64,000 nucleotides of DNA from the NCBI GenBank assembly GCA_965644295.1, contig CBFFRP010000034.1, forward strand, positions 39,476 through 103,475, read 5' to 3'. Positions 25,701 to 38,494 of the stretch are shown here, one piece after another. This stretch comes from Paraphysomonas bandaiensis. Its lineage: Eukaryota; Protista; Chrysophyceae. Made by a program: the position numbers and the translations under genes. How positions within the stretch are numbered: the stretch's first letter is position 1; each line of letters opens with the position of its first letter. The notes beneath the pieces were generated by a model. The model did not search any database and had not been told where the DNA came from. It saw nothing but the letters and a program-made list of their open reading frames with translations.

Positions 25701-26836
25701 CCTGAATGCAGCATGATATGAATACTGTGAGGAGACAGAGACATGTGATACAAAATTCGTATCGCTGGCTGACTCATCTTTCCGCGCGTAGCTGATACAA
25801 ATGAAGCAAGTAGAATGGTACTATTGCAGTACAAGGCGTCCTCACGATTCTGATGTACAAGCTCTTTGCACTTCCGAGATACCAAATGTTCAATTGTCTC
25901 CAGTCCAAGCACAGTGAACTTCATCTGTATATGAACAGGCCCTCGAATACCGTACAGAATACTTTGCTCTGACTTACGCTGCGCATAGTGCATCAGTCTC
26001 CACTTGCAGCGTAGCTCTCCAGAGCGTAGAAGTATTGACCGTCGTCGAGCTCGGTCGGCTTCCATCTGCGTGCCCCAGCCCCGAGCGAGGTCTCCAAGAG
26101 TTCGATACTTGGCTTGCTTCATCTCACGATATGTTCGAAATGTATGTTGAATAAGAGTCGCTGCTAGTTTGGCCTCGATCAATAACATATCGAAAAATAA
26201 ATTGATATAGTTTGCATTGGACAACTCATAGGAGAAATTGTGACGACATATATGAAGAACATAGAGAAGGTTGAGAGCGGCAATAGTGGCGCCTCCGACA
26301 AGTCGCCGGCTAAGAGCACGATTCATTATCGGCTGAACATTCTGTCGCATCGTCCGAACACAAACTTCATGTCGTTCTAATAATTTGGTAAGCATTCGGA
26401 CAGCTTGTTCGCGCTTATCTTGACTGCACTTTGACTCAAAAACACTAATTAATGTTTCCACGCCAGATTGAAGTTCTGTATCACCCCACGTAGATGTATC
26501 CCACTCTAAGTCAATGGCAATCATATGACCTCCATCATCCATATCAGCAACCTTTATATCACGGCGTTGTAGTTTTGGTTTCCCACGAAGTTTTTTTGCA
26601 AGTGCAGTTTCAGCAGCAGTTGGTTGATGAATTGAAGATTGAATTTTTAACATTTCAGCACCAGTTTTATGTATATATTTATTATGTTTCATTTGTGTTT
26701 CTTTATTTGGTGCAAGATTAATAATGTCACGATACATACGTACATCTTGTGCCATATGAGATGTTCGCTCTACAATATCTCTCCCTTGTCTCACAATCTC
26801 CCATTCTTCAGGTTCTTTTCCTAAATGTCCTGACAT
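22721..26836 (-). CDS. Large (~1330 aa) helical/ARM-like protein with an IQ-like motif, 2 exons; function unknown
   Basis: Two long ORFs (854 and 501 aa) joined by a GT-AG intron at ~24227-24289; LIQHTFRTYREMK is IQ-like. Confidence 0.75.
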
Positions 26837-27504
26837 GTTTTTGTTTTTATAATAATTATAATATGAATTAATTAATAGTGTTATGAGTGTATATGTATGT
26901 ATGTATCAGTCGTATGGGTTTAATGGACAGTTCCATAGAGAGACTTTGAAGAGATGATTAATAGAATGAATTGAATGGTTGGATAGACCATTATGATCTT
27001 AGATATCATATGAAATATCGAGATCTATAATGCTATGGTGTGGTATATATACTGGAGGATATGTGCCAATATATAACTCTTAAGAGATGAGCTGTACACA
27101 GATCCTCATATGTATATACAGTCATATGTACAGTGTGTATGTACGTAGATAGTGTATGTATATGTATGTATGTACACAGTTTGACAGTTATACTTCATAC
27201 ATACAGTACACAGACATGGACTCACGATTGTACCTGTTGACTGTAAATAGATAGGTCCATATGTATGTGTATATAGGTACAGGTAGGTAGGTACATAATG
27301 TGCAATATAGTTCTATAGGTGACTATGAGATCCACACACACATACATCTACACATACAGCATATACATACTTACATACAGTGTACATACATACATACATA
27401 CCAGCATATCTCATATATAGTAGTTAGATACTCTCCAGTCCCACTTCTCTATAATGCCATTACCAATACACACATAACTCCCTCTATCTGATACACTCTA
27501 TCAT

Positions 27505-30500
27505 ATGGGTAATCAACGAAGTTCTGAATATCTCAGTATCCCAGATAACCCTCATCGTATAGCCTTTATAACATATCATTCTTATCGTAGTTGGCCCGCT
27601 GAATCATACAATAGTCGTTATGATTCATTTACATTTATAATAAAATATCAAAGATATATATGGTTTATTAATAAAAGATTCTCAGATATTATTCAATTAG
27701 ATCATCATTTATATGAACAATTCCCTTGTAAAATTGATCGGTTAAAATGTCCACGTAAATATCATAAATTATTTTGGAATCATAATCATGATTTATTACA
27801 ACGTCGTGCAAATGATATTGTTGTATATCTTCAAGCTATTATGGATGATAATGAATTATTTTCATGTAGAACAATGAAAGAATTTTTGGAGATTGGTGAA
27901 GTAAGATATGTCATTGTTACAGAATTATTATTATATGATTCATGTGTGATATATAGACATCTCTACGTCCACAACTGGGACGAAAGGGGAAAGAAGGGTA
28001 CCTTCGTAAGGTAAATATACGTACTTACTTTTAATTTAATTGATTCGCTTTTCAGTGTTCCGGTGGATATCTGCAGAATTATTCCTCTCGTACTGGAGAC
28101 TTTATTAAAACGTGGCGCAAACGTTGGTTTGTGCTGCATGACAACTTTGTCGCCTATTATAAAGCCCCGGGGGACGTTCACCCTTTGGGATGCATTCAGA
28201 TTGACCAGAAGTTCACGGTGGCTATCACTGGACGTGTAGTGACGATAACTAATCGGACTCGCAAGTTGGTGATGTTTGCATCTTCTCAGAGAGTCGCCGT
28301 AGAGTGGGCCGAGGCACTTAATGCGTTTTATGAAACCACTCCTAGAAGACACATTCAGCCCTTTTCAGCTCACTTTCCACCTCGACCTAGTACCAGTATT
28401 AGCCTTTATGTGTGTGGCAGGGAATACTTTGCCGCTCTGGCTCTTGCACTAATGCAGGCGAAAGAAGAGATACTGATTGCATCATGGATGGTCAGTCCTA
28501 CACTCATACTTACACGCCCCCCTCTTCCACCCATACGTCTCGATCAGATTTTAAAATACAAGGCTGAGCGAGGAGTAAAAATATATGTCCTCTTGTATAA
28601 AGAGGTATGTGATGAGTTGTGCATGCGGTTTGTGTTCCCACTTCTCTATACAGGTTGAGTTATCAGGAACTGGCAACGACTCAATGAAATGTAGAACTCA
28701 TTTGGAATCGCTTAGCCCTACTAATATATGCGTTATGCGTCACCCGAACAAGCTTATTGGTGGTAGTACTGCTATACTTTGGTCTCATCACGAAAAAATA
28801 GTAATTGTTGACAGGTGTGGCTTGCTGTGGTTATTTGTGTCTTAGTAATTTTTTTGCAGAACGGTTGGATTTGTGGGTGGCATTGACCCTTGCTTTGGCC
28901 GATATGACGATGAAAGGCATCTGCTCAGTGATGAGGATGGGGTAATGTAAGTTTCATTTGCACGCCTTTGAGGATGTGTTGTAATCTGTTGCAACGAACA
29001 CAGATTCCCTGGAAAGGACTACTACCAGCCAGGTCGCGGAAAGTTGAAACCGGTGCTAAATATTGACTCAATGGATAGCTATGATGCTGAATATGACCCA
29101 GCTGAGGATAGTGTGTCTGGAGGCGTAACCGTTATCGATGACATGGAAAATACAGTTGATAGATTCTCTGATGAGAGCATTGAGCACTCCGAAAATAGCT
29201 GGGCAATGGACGATTCTGGTGAACCAACGAATGATACTCCTCGTAGTCGAGGTAGTATTGTACGAAAACAACATCAATCCACAAATATACAAGAGCTTAC
29301 TGACGCTGAGGTGAAGGAGTACTCGTGCACTTATTCCTGACAACTGACTGCTCATTGTAGATGGAGGCGGTTGCAGACGGTGACACGGAAGAAGTGACTG
29401 CGTGTGAGGCATCAGGGCCCCATTCCGAGGATTTTTTGGCTCCTTTTATAGAAGAGGATGAGCGAGCTTATAGCGCTACCCAAGAGTGTGAAACAGTTGA
29501 GGTTAAACGCATAACGGAATCGCTTGATCATGGAGCGGTTGTTTCAACAAAGACAACGTCTGTGGAAACCAGAACGGAGTACAATCTAGCAAATGGGATT
29601 GGTTCATCTGATGTGTCGACTCCGGTCACAGTTGGCGCAGCAGGGGGGACGTCCAGTCCAGTATCTAATGCAACTCACCGTGTTCAAGCGCAAAGAGTTT
29701 TTACTGTGTCTGCAGTTGCAGTAGACAGTGCAGTTGGTCCAAACACAGCATCGCCTTCAGCGCCTGTTGTACATAATGTACAAGCAACTTGTGCACCTTC
29801 TCATTCTGGTGAGATATCACCGCAACCAAATATGTCTGTTCTGCCGCCCCAAACACTAACGGCTGCTGCTTTGGCATCGAACAATGCAACTCAGCCCATA
29901 ATATCTTACGGTCCAGAATCCCAGCGTTCAAATGTGGTTTACGAGTCATTATCTTCAGAGGTATCATCAACGTCCTTGTACTCAACACCGCCAGAGAGGA
30001 AAACAATTCAACCGAGAGAGTTTTCTTTCCTTCCTTTACAGTATATGATGCAGTCGATTCAATCATTTTCGGACAATATGACTGTGAAAATCGAAAAAAT
30101 GAGATTGGAGAGTAGAAAGTTTGATGATCATCAAGTGAGCATATGATGCATGTTGGAACTACACCATTGTAATCGTGTGCTACAGATAAGAGAATTGTAC
30201 CCTCGTATGCCTTGGCATGATATTCACGGCTGTATTACTGGCCTACCAGCGAGAGACCTAGCAGCTCATTTCGTTCAGGTATTTAACGACTATCCAGTTT
30301 AATCGTGCATGTGGTAACTAACTATATTTAGCGTTGGAATCATCATCGCGTATCGAAAGGCCAGACTAATCTTCCTATATTAACGGACGTGACAGATAAT
30401 CCGCACTTTTCCGTGTGTGCGAAATGCAACTTAGAGCATATATACGAAACTGTAACGGTATGTCCTCGTTGCGGCTACGACCTTGGGCCTTCAACTATGT

Positions 30501-32810
30501 CATTAACCTTTCGAGACAATCCACGCAAAGATTGCCCTTTAGAAAGTGGCGTCAGTTCGTATATTTCCTTTGCGTGCTACTTCTCCAGTCAATTAGGATG
30601 TCGAATACAGGGAGACGGTCCAGTGTTAGTGACGCTAATTGTTAATCCAGAGACATTAGCGCGCTTGAATAAAGGTACAGTGGTTGAGAAAGTGGGAGAT
30701 GATGAACATATTGCTAGCTTGATGGAAGATGGCTTGAAACCCAGAGTTGGAGATGTTCTAGTATCAGTTGAAGACGTAAACGTACTTCACCTCAATACTG
30801 CCCAGGTTGGTTTTAATGTGTACAAATTTCTTGCGTTTTATTCCTTGCAGATTCAACGATTTATTGTAAGACAGAGAAATAAAATTCGAAAACAGTTTAA
30901 GAAAGAGAGTGACTTAATATCTGAGACAGAGAGTATTGCCACCAGTAGGATATCAACATACACTGATCGCAAGATGAAAGTTATATTTCGGCGTCACTAT
31001 GTAAATAATGTTGATGATATAGAGCGGCACGATAGGAGAGTTAAAATGTTAGCAGAGGAAGCCGAGATTAAGCAAAGACACCAGTTACAAGCGTTGAACA
31101 CGCGCAATGATGGAATGACTAATGATATGCCAGAGTCGCCTGTGGGTCGAAATGACCCTCCTCAGTCTGATACCACTCCGACACTTCAAACTGATGATGC
31201 TGACATGACATCCCCTGCTTCTGGTGGGAATATAGGTATTGTTTTGGGCCCCGGGGAAACGGAAATTGAAACTGGCTTCATTCGTGATACTGAAGTCAAT
31301 ACTGGAGTCGACAGTGCCCATAATAGGGTACAAGATGAACCGATTAGGCAAGCAATGCTCAGTACAGACGACGAGGAGTGGGATCATGAGAGTGCCCGTA
31401 TTGATCTTGTCTGTCGTGCATGCACCAGTCGAGAAGTGTGCAAGGCAATGGTGGACCTGCAGAATCAGGTGGGGTCAAAGGTGATAATGGCATGAGTATG
31501 TAAATTGGGTTCTGCAGGTGAAAGCTGATGCTGTGCTGCCCAATAAGAAGACATTGTGCGGAACCTGCCAAGTGAGATACAGTGTTCGTGTATCAATAGA
31601 GAATTATTCTTATGTACTTTTTGATTAGGTGCAAGTGCTGCGTAGTGTTGGCCCCTGGTCAGTAGGACATGTTAGTGAAAACTCCATTCATATGGCTTGG
31701 GTGAATGCTATCCAGCAAGCCCAGCACTTTATATACATTGAGAATCAGTTTTTCATTGGCGATTTAGCTGGCTCGGATGTGAAGAACACGATCGCCAGAG
31801 CTGTATTAGACCGAGTGGTGTCTGCCGCCAACAGGCAGGAAGATTTCAAAGTCATTGTTGTGGTACCTGTTCACCCTGAAGGGGATTTCATTGGAAGCAG
31901 TGGTCCCCGTGGCGTGATGCACTACCAATACAAAACTATATGCAGGTTTGCCAGCACTATGTAACTCCTGTTCGATGATGCATATTGTTCGATGCAGAGG
32001 AACAAAGTCGCTCATTGAGCAGTTCAAGTACATGACTCAGGGTCGAATTAATCCCTTGGAATATATTTGCTTTTGCAGTCTTCGCAACTGGGGACAAATG
32101 GACAACAAAGTTGTTTTTGATATGATATATGTCCATGATAAGGTGGGAAGATATTTTAATGTGTATATAGCATGATGTATGCTAACTTTATTTCAGCTTC
32201 TAATTGTTGACGACCGGGTCCTGATATTTGGAAGCGCTAACGTCAACGATCGGAGTATGTTGGGAGATCGTGACACAGAGGTATTTAGATGGATATTGCT
32301 TGCATTGTATATTTGTGTGATGTACTTGGATAGATTGCTATAAGAGTTGAAGACACAGCTCACATAACGTCGAAAATGAACAAGAAGCCATGGGTTGTTG
32401 GTGTCGTTCCTCACATGTTCCGCAAACGGTTGATGGCGAAACATTTGAATGACTTCCAAGTTGGTATGTTGGTGTTTTATGAAAATTCAAAACTAAAATA
32501 TTCATTAGATCTTACGGATCCTATATGTCGGGATATCTATTGGACGAGATGGGTCGAGTCAGCCCAAATGAACTCCAGACTATATGATGAGTTAGATGGG
32601 CCCTGTTCGTATGACAAATGTGCTACTGTTGATGAGTATGAGAAAGCATTGGCCACTAAACCATTTTTAGACGCCAACGACCCTTTAGTTGAATCATATT
32701 TAGTTCGAATACGAGGGCATCTTGTTATGTGGCCACAGAAGTTTTTAGAGAAGGAAAATTTGCTCTCGTTAGCTACAAAGGCAGTGCTTCCGTGTGAACT
32801 TTTTGCCTAG
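27505..32810 (+). CDS. PLD: Phospholipase D, PX-PH-PLD (PLD1/PLDzeta type) with large insertions; multi-exon
   Basis: PX-like [15 protein letters not shown]; [20 protein letters not shown]; HKD1 [17 protein letters not shown]; YPRMPWHD; FIYIENQFF; HKD2 IYVHDK|[23 protein letters not shown]. Confidence 0.95.
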
Positions 32811-33078
32811 TTAAGTCGCTGTGCATATCAATTTGTATTTTTTGCCTCGTTTAAGTGAGTAGTTTAATTGGTTTGTGTGGTAAAATATCTCTAAATAAAG
32901 TTTCACTTGGTTACCGATTATCGATTCATACTTGAAATCAGAGCAGTGAGAAATTAGAGCTTGCTCCCCTGTGTCAATTACCTAAACTAGAAGAACATAT
33001 AGAAACCAGTAAAACAACATATTCTGAACACACTGAGGATCACAATATATACGGATGCGTTCGGCAAAAATCTACTAG

Positions 33079-33192
33079 ATTTTGGAAAATCATACTGACC
33101 GCAGAAAATCAAAATATGCTCATTCACTTGATTTTGTTTATTTTGGAAATCATACTGACCGCACAAACAAAATATGCTCATTCACTTGATTT
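33079..33192. repeat. Tandem duplication of a ~60-bp unit
   Basis: TTTTGGAAA(A)TCATACTGACCGCA..AA.CAAAATATGCTCATTCACTTGATTT occurs twice. Confidence 0.85.
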
Positions 33193-33384
33193 CTTTTTCT
33201 AATACAGTGGATAACTACCCTGTAGATTCTTACAATAATCCAGTACAAAATTCAATGGATGTACCGAACGGGGTCTAAGAGGACACTTATTTACTTTTCA
33301 TTCTAGCATAATTTATACGCAAGCCATGCCGAGAAGCATGGTCAATCAAAGGTGCCCCTCAACAATGTCGAACTTGCACCATTT

Positions 33385-33858
33385 CCTGATGTCTTGGGGG
33401 ATAAATACCGGAGAGATTCTCTCTGGGAAACTAACGTGAGCCGCAAACATAGTCAGCAGATATTGTTCTGCCCACTCATAGCCGAATGCTTGTGTGGTAC
33501 AAGGAACACCAATAAGTGTCACTTGTGTAGACGTCTTTGGGCCCTGACAAATAAATAGGCATCCGTGAATGGGCCCACCTCAAGGGCATCCGGGACAGGG
33601 CCCACCTGAAGGGTAACCGGGGTATTGGGCTGCCTGCTGAAGTCAAGCATCCGGTATGCTCACCTTAAGAACTCAGAGCGGAAGTGGTCGCACCTTGGTG
33701 CTTGCGGCGACGCACAAGCAGCTTTCGTAGCGTTAAATAGTAGGATAAGAAAGTGTGTACTGATTAGTTACAGGTAGAGGTCTAACTAGTTTGTCTGGCA
33801 TTCATTTAGCTATACTAAGTTGGCGCAGGTTTTCAACGCCTATTGCTAATAATAAGAC
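33385..33858 (+). repeat. Dispersed repeat family A, long copy 1
   Basis: Aligns by eye with 33965-34460 (AAACATAGTCAGCAGATATTGTTCTGCCCACTCATAGCC ... CGACGCACAAGCA.CTTTCGTAGCGTTAAATAGTAGGAT ... CCTATTGCTAATAA). Confidence 0.8.
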
Positions 33859-33964
33859 TTTAAATATATAATCAAAGGCGCAAACAGTTTAATTTTTAGA
33901 AGTACAGCTGCACAGCGATGTATACATATTATATGTCCTTCAAAAACGTCGGACTCGCATCTAT

Positions 33965-34460
33965 TCATGATGGTGTCTTGAGGAATAAGTATCGGAGATA
34001 TTTTTTAGTGAAACTAACGTCAGCCTTAAACATAGTCAGCAGATATTGTTCTGCCCACTCATAGCCAAATAATGCTTGTGTGGTACAAGGGAGACCAATA
34101 TATGTGTCACTTGTGTGGACGTCTTCGTTGGGCCCTGACGAATAAACAGGTATCCGGGAATGGGCCCACCACAACGGCATCAGGGGTACTGGGCTACCTG
34201 CTGAAGTCAAGCCTCTGGGCTAGTTCACTTTAAGGACTCAAAAACCTTGCCGCCAGCAGATGTCAGGTATATCAAAATTCTGCTTGCCCACTCATTTGCT
34301 TTGAGTGATAGAGCGAAAATGGTTGCACCTTGATGTTTCCGGCGACGCACAAGCAACTTTCGTAGCGTTAAATAGTAGGATATCAGAGTTAAGTACAAGC
34401 TAGTTAAATTGTTTTGCTAAATTAGTTCTGATCTTAACCGCCTATTGCTAATAAAAAGAC
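33965..34460 (+). repeat. Dispersed repeat family A, long copy 2 (tandem with copy 1)
   Basis: Same as copy 1; the 3' part also matches 20665-20870 and 58255-58445 in reverse. Confidence 0.8.
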
Positions 34461-34675
34461 ATGCACTACTCCCAACTCCCACTATTCACTACATCTGAAA
34501 ATTATTATTACTTTCAGAGCATGTTGTAGAAAGTTGAACTGGAAAACAAACAAGTCGTTTTCCCAGTATCCACTTGTGCTCTATTTTCTCGTATTTCATG
34601 TCATGTGTCATTTCTCACCTGTGTACTATCTAAAACACAACGCATACCAATGATTTCAACGGCAAATCAATTCAA

Positions 34676-36579
34676 TCACTTCAAGGTCTCCGCACTCGCT
34701 CCTTCTGTCGCAGCCGAGGCTTCAACCGTTCCAGTGCCTCCAGACTGCTTGATATCTTGTGGTCCTACCGCTGCGCGTGCCTCAAGAACGTGCGCTGGTG
34801 TGAGAGTCTGAGCCATCTGAGGAGACAGGACGAGCTCCTCCTCAGTGAACTCAAACAAATCAGTTTGCGAAGTGAGCTTTGAACCGTCGGAAAGAAGTGT
34901 TGCAGGATCGCGGATCTCATCATAAAACGGATGTGCACACGACTAGGACTTCTATTAACACAGGAAGGTGAACTTCACTGAGACATACCTCGATCGCCAA
35001 GATTCTATCCAAAGGTTTGTATGCCAACAGGCGGCTTGTGAGATCCATGGCTTCAGGGGGGGTTCCCGGTTTGAACACAGAACCCCAGGGAACAGCACGT
35101 ATTTGAGGAAACTTGAACTCCTGATAATTGGGGTTCATTTCATTTAATTCCTCGCGTGTAGGGGTTCCTAGAACCTAAAACATACATGTGTCAAGCAGTG
35201 GAGTAGAAAATAACAGAATCGATGCCACCCACTTTTATAATCTCAACCAGCTGATCTACCCCTGAACTACCAGGGAAGAGAGGAGAACCTATTAAAAGCT
35301 CTGCCAGAACACAACCCTCTGACCATACATCGATAGCCGTGGTGTACTCCGTCGATCCAAATATGAGCTCTGGGGCTCGGTAGTACCTGGATGTGCAACT
35401 TTTACGAGCCAACAGCAACATATATCAATTCCGTGCACACCTTGAGCATATATAGGCCACATTTGGCTCTCCCTTGACCAACGTCTTAGCTGATCCAAAA
35501 TCGCATAATTTCAGAACTTGTCTGGCGGGATCTACGAGAAGGTTCTGAGGTTTGATATCACTACCACAGAAACGTCACACACCCTAGTCCACACAAGCAG
35601 CAACAATTTTACCGGTGGCAAATACCCATGCCATGTATATGCGCGAGAGCCCGCGAGAGCTGGTACATATATATCTTAATAGAAAGTATGGGCATTGACT
35701 TCTTGGCTCGGCTAAACATCTTAGCGACCGAGTATACAGTCTCCGGTATGTACTCCAGAACCAGGTTCAAATACACCTTCAGGTGAAATTGGTATCAGCA
35801 AACTACTTTTCATTACACTGCAGTGTCCAACCACACATACCTCATCTGCTTTGGATCCCTTACTGACAAAGTAATGTTTCAGTGTTACAATATAGGGATG
35901 GGGTTGCTTCGACAGTTGACGCATTATTTGAAGCTCCCTATTCTTAAATCTACGATCTTGTAATACTTTCTTTATAGCTACAACTTCGTTCGTTTCCACA
36001 ACTTTTGCTTGAAACACAGCCCCGAATGATCCGTGACCGACCATACGTTGCGCGTCATAGTTAATAGTTTCAGATTTGCCGTCTTTCCTGAAATCCGATT
36101 TCTGGTCACTTTGGAATATATCACAATAGAACTCATACCTGTCCTCTGTTCCATTCATTTTGGAAGTCGATGCTGCACGACGACCAACCTATATACAACA
36201 ATTTTATCATCAATGACAGTCCCATAGCATTGAGGTCCCTACCGCTGGCTTCTGCTCAGTCCCTGCACCACTCCTCTCATCAATAGTTATATTCCGAATA
36301 CTATCTGATATATCTCCTCTCTATCAAACCATCACATTGCAGTTACAAACATATCATATTAACATTACTTCACTAACATACCTCATCAGGTGCGGCGACT
36401 GTAAAAGAAATGATTTAATATAATAATTATACACTTATTAGTTCCATATATATCCATACATATCTTTATCCATTACCTTGCCGTACAGTGTTATTTCTTC
36501 TAGTCGAACGGTCACCCTAATAAACATCACACTATCACTCATCTATCATTCAATATCCTCATATTAATACCTCTTCCAT
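34676..36579 (-). CDS. GSK3: Glycogen synthase kinase-3/shaggy kinase, ~11 exons including 5' micro-exons
   Basis: [34 protein letters not shown]|[29 protein letters not shown]|[24 protein letters not shown]|VLGTP. The 5' exons MEE|[13 protein letters not shown]|VAAPDE|RGDIS... splice in frame. Confidence 0.95.
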
Positions 36580-37168
36580 AGCTGTTATTATTAATTAACA
36601 TATGCATATATATGAGATCTCGACAGTGATATATGAGATGAATCAACTAGTTACCTGCTTTCATATACAAGCAAACCAGAAACAATAATAGGCACACTAC
36701 AAATTGACTATCTAGTCGATGTAGTAAATGCCTAAGATAGAAGGGTTTATGAGTGTATGAGTAGTGAGGTGATGTGAGGCCTGTTAAGGTGGATGTCATG
36801 TGGTGGATTATGGGTGGTTTTTAGGTGGATTATGGGTGATTTTTAGATGGATAGTGGAGTTTATAGACGAGAATATTGTGGGTTTTTATGTTGTAGTCCA
36901 ATGTATACTGGTTTACTAGTGGAGTGATGTAAAGTGGGGAGGATATGGTGTCTCCAAGTCGAAGAAGTAGCAGCAGCAGTACAATAGCATGGTATGTCTA
37001 TATAGACCATCAATTGTACCTGTTGACTGTATATACACAGGTACATTATGTGTATGTTTTGCAAGCAGTTGTATGGTATAGCTATATATCCATATCTACA
37101 TGCATGCAATGCTCTTGCCTTAATCCTATAACCCTATCACAACAGTAGCCTTAACAATAACAATTCAT

Positions 37169-38053
37169 ATGAAAACACCTTCAAATCTATCACACACAAC
37201 TCTTCTCTGTTATATATTAGTATATCTATCATATACATGCCTATCAGAGGAAGTTGAGGTATATGTCCCCATTGATACAAGTGCACCGGATCCTATAAAA
37301 GATATCAACTACTATAAGTATGTAATAGACACAAATCCAAGAGATCATTCCGCATATGTTGCATTAGGAGATCGCTATGTAGAAGTAGGTAGTTATGAGC
37401 TTGCAAAGAAGAGCTATATCGATGCACTAGACTTGAACCCAGACTATGAGGTAGCACATAATAGCTTAGGAAATCTATACTATAATCACCTTAACGACGT
37501 CGATGCGGCAGAAAAACATTTCAAGCGATGTCTAGAGATAAATAACGACTTTAAGTATGGGCATGGGAACTTGGCACACTTGCTTCTAAATAGCCGAAAC
37601 GATTTGGATGGCGCTGAGTTCCACTATCGTGAAGTTCTGCGTATTGACTCTGAGGATAAATTTGCACACAATAACTTGGCCGAGTTGTTGTATATTTATA
37701 GGAGGGATATTGATGGAGCACAGTTACATTATCTCAAAGCATTACAGATTCACCCCAATTTTAGGAGTGCCCACGTGGGTATTGGGGATTTGCTGGTGGA
37801 CGCCAGGGGAGACGTAGAAAATGCAGAGAAGCACTTTCGACATGCTCTGAGGTACCACCCGAACTGTAAGGAGGCCCACAATTCCCTTGCTATACTTTTA
37901 CTAGATCATAAGAGAGACCCAGTTAGTGCAGAATACCATTTCAAGGAAGCACATCGCATTGACCCTGATGACGAGAATATTCGCAGTAACTTAGTTGAAC
38001 TACAAGCCACATTAGCAGAACGTGGTATCGATGGGTTTAGTCCTGAAGAGTAG
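37169..38053 (+). CDS. TPR-repeat protein with signal peptide, single exon
   Basis: About 6 TPR units (AHNSLGNLY...AEKHFKRCLEINN etc.); hydrophobic N-terminus LLCYILVYLSYTCLS. Confidence 0.9.
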   Translation: MKTPSNLSHTTLLCYILVYLSYTCLSEEVEVYVPIDTSAPDPIKDINYYKYVIDTNPRDHSAYVALGDRYVEVGSYELAKKSYIDALDLNPDYEVAHNSLGNLYYNHLNDVDAAEKHFKRCLEINNDFKYGHGNLAHLLLNSRNDLDGAEFHYREVLRIDSEDKFAHNNLAELLYIYRRDIDGAQLHYLKALQIHPNFRSAHVGIGDLLVDARGDVENAEKHFRHALRYHPNCKEAHNSLAILLLDHKRDPVSAEYHFKEAHRIDPDDENIRSNLVELQATLAERGIDGFSPEE

Positions 38054-38494
38054 GATTCACAGCTTTCTATTGTTAGTACGTCCTGTGAAGATATCAATCT
38101 CATTTGGTAATAACTGTGCTGCCCACTGTGATATGAAAGGGTATTTTTGTAGAAGCAAGTTCTTGTAGTCAACATGAACCTGGTAGAAATGTTTTGTCGT
38201 GGTTTTCAGTAAACTTTGTTAAACTCGATGTACTATAGTGTTTGTATTCATAGCTGTGATTACAAATTTACATTTGCCGTGGTTATGGGTAACGACACAC
38301 TGAAATCATCTTCTGAACTTTGAAGAAGACGAGTAATACTATAAACCCTGAATCATAACATTGTGCTAGTTTGCATATATTATCCGTTGCAAACAATACA
38401 AATATTTACCATTCTAATAAGTGTTTATGTATTACTTAAAAGACTAGAAATGTTTTCTGATATACTGTAAGAAAAGTGCTAACATGTGGAATAT

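Noticed and set aside
34120-34200. Hammerhead ribozyme in repeat family A (CTGACGA)
   Set aside because: No properly spaced stem II-GAAA, and the motif is not conserved in the sister copy (CTGACAA).
33079-34460. CRISPR-like array
   Set aside because: Only two-copy duplications without constant repeat/unique spacer periodicity, in a eukaryotic context.
36109-36138. 30-nt ultra-short intron in GSK3
   Set aside because: A downstream in-frame acceptor (TTTCAG) gives a normal 51-nt intron.
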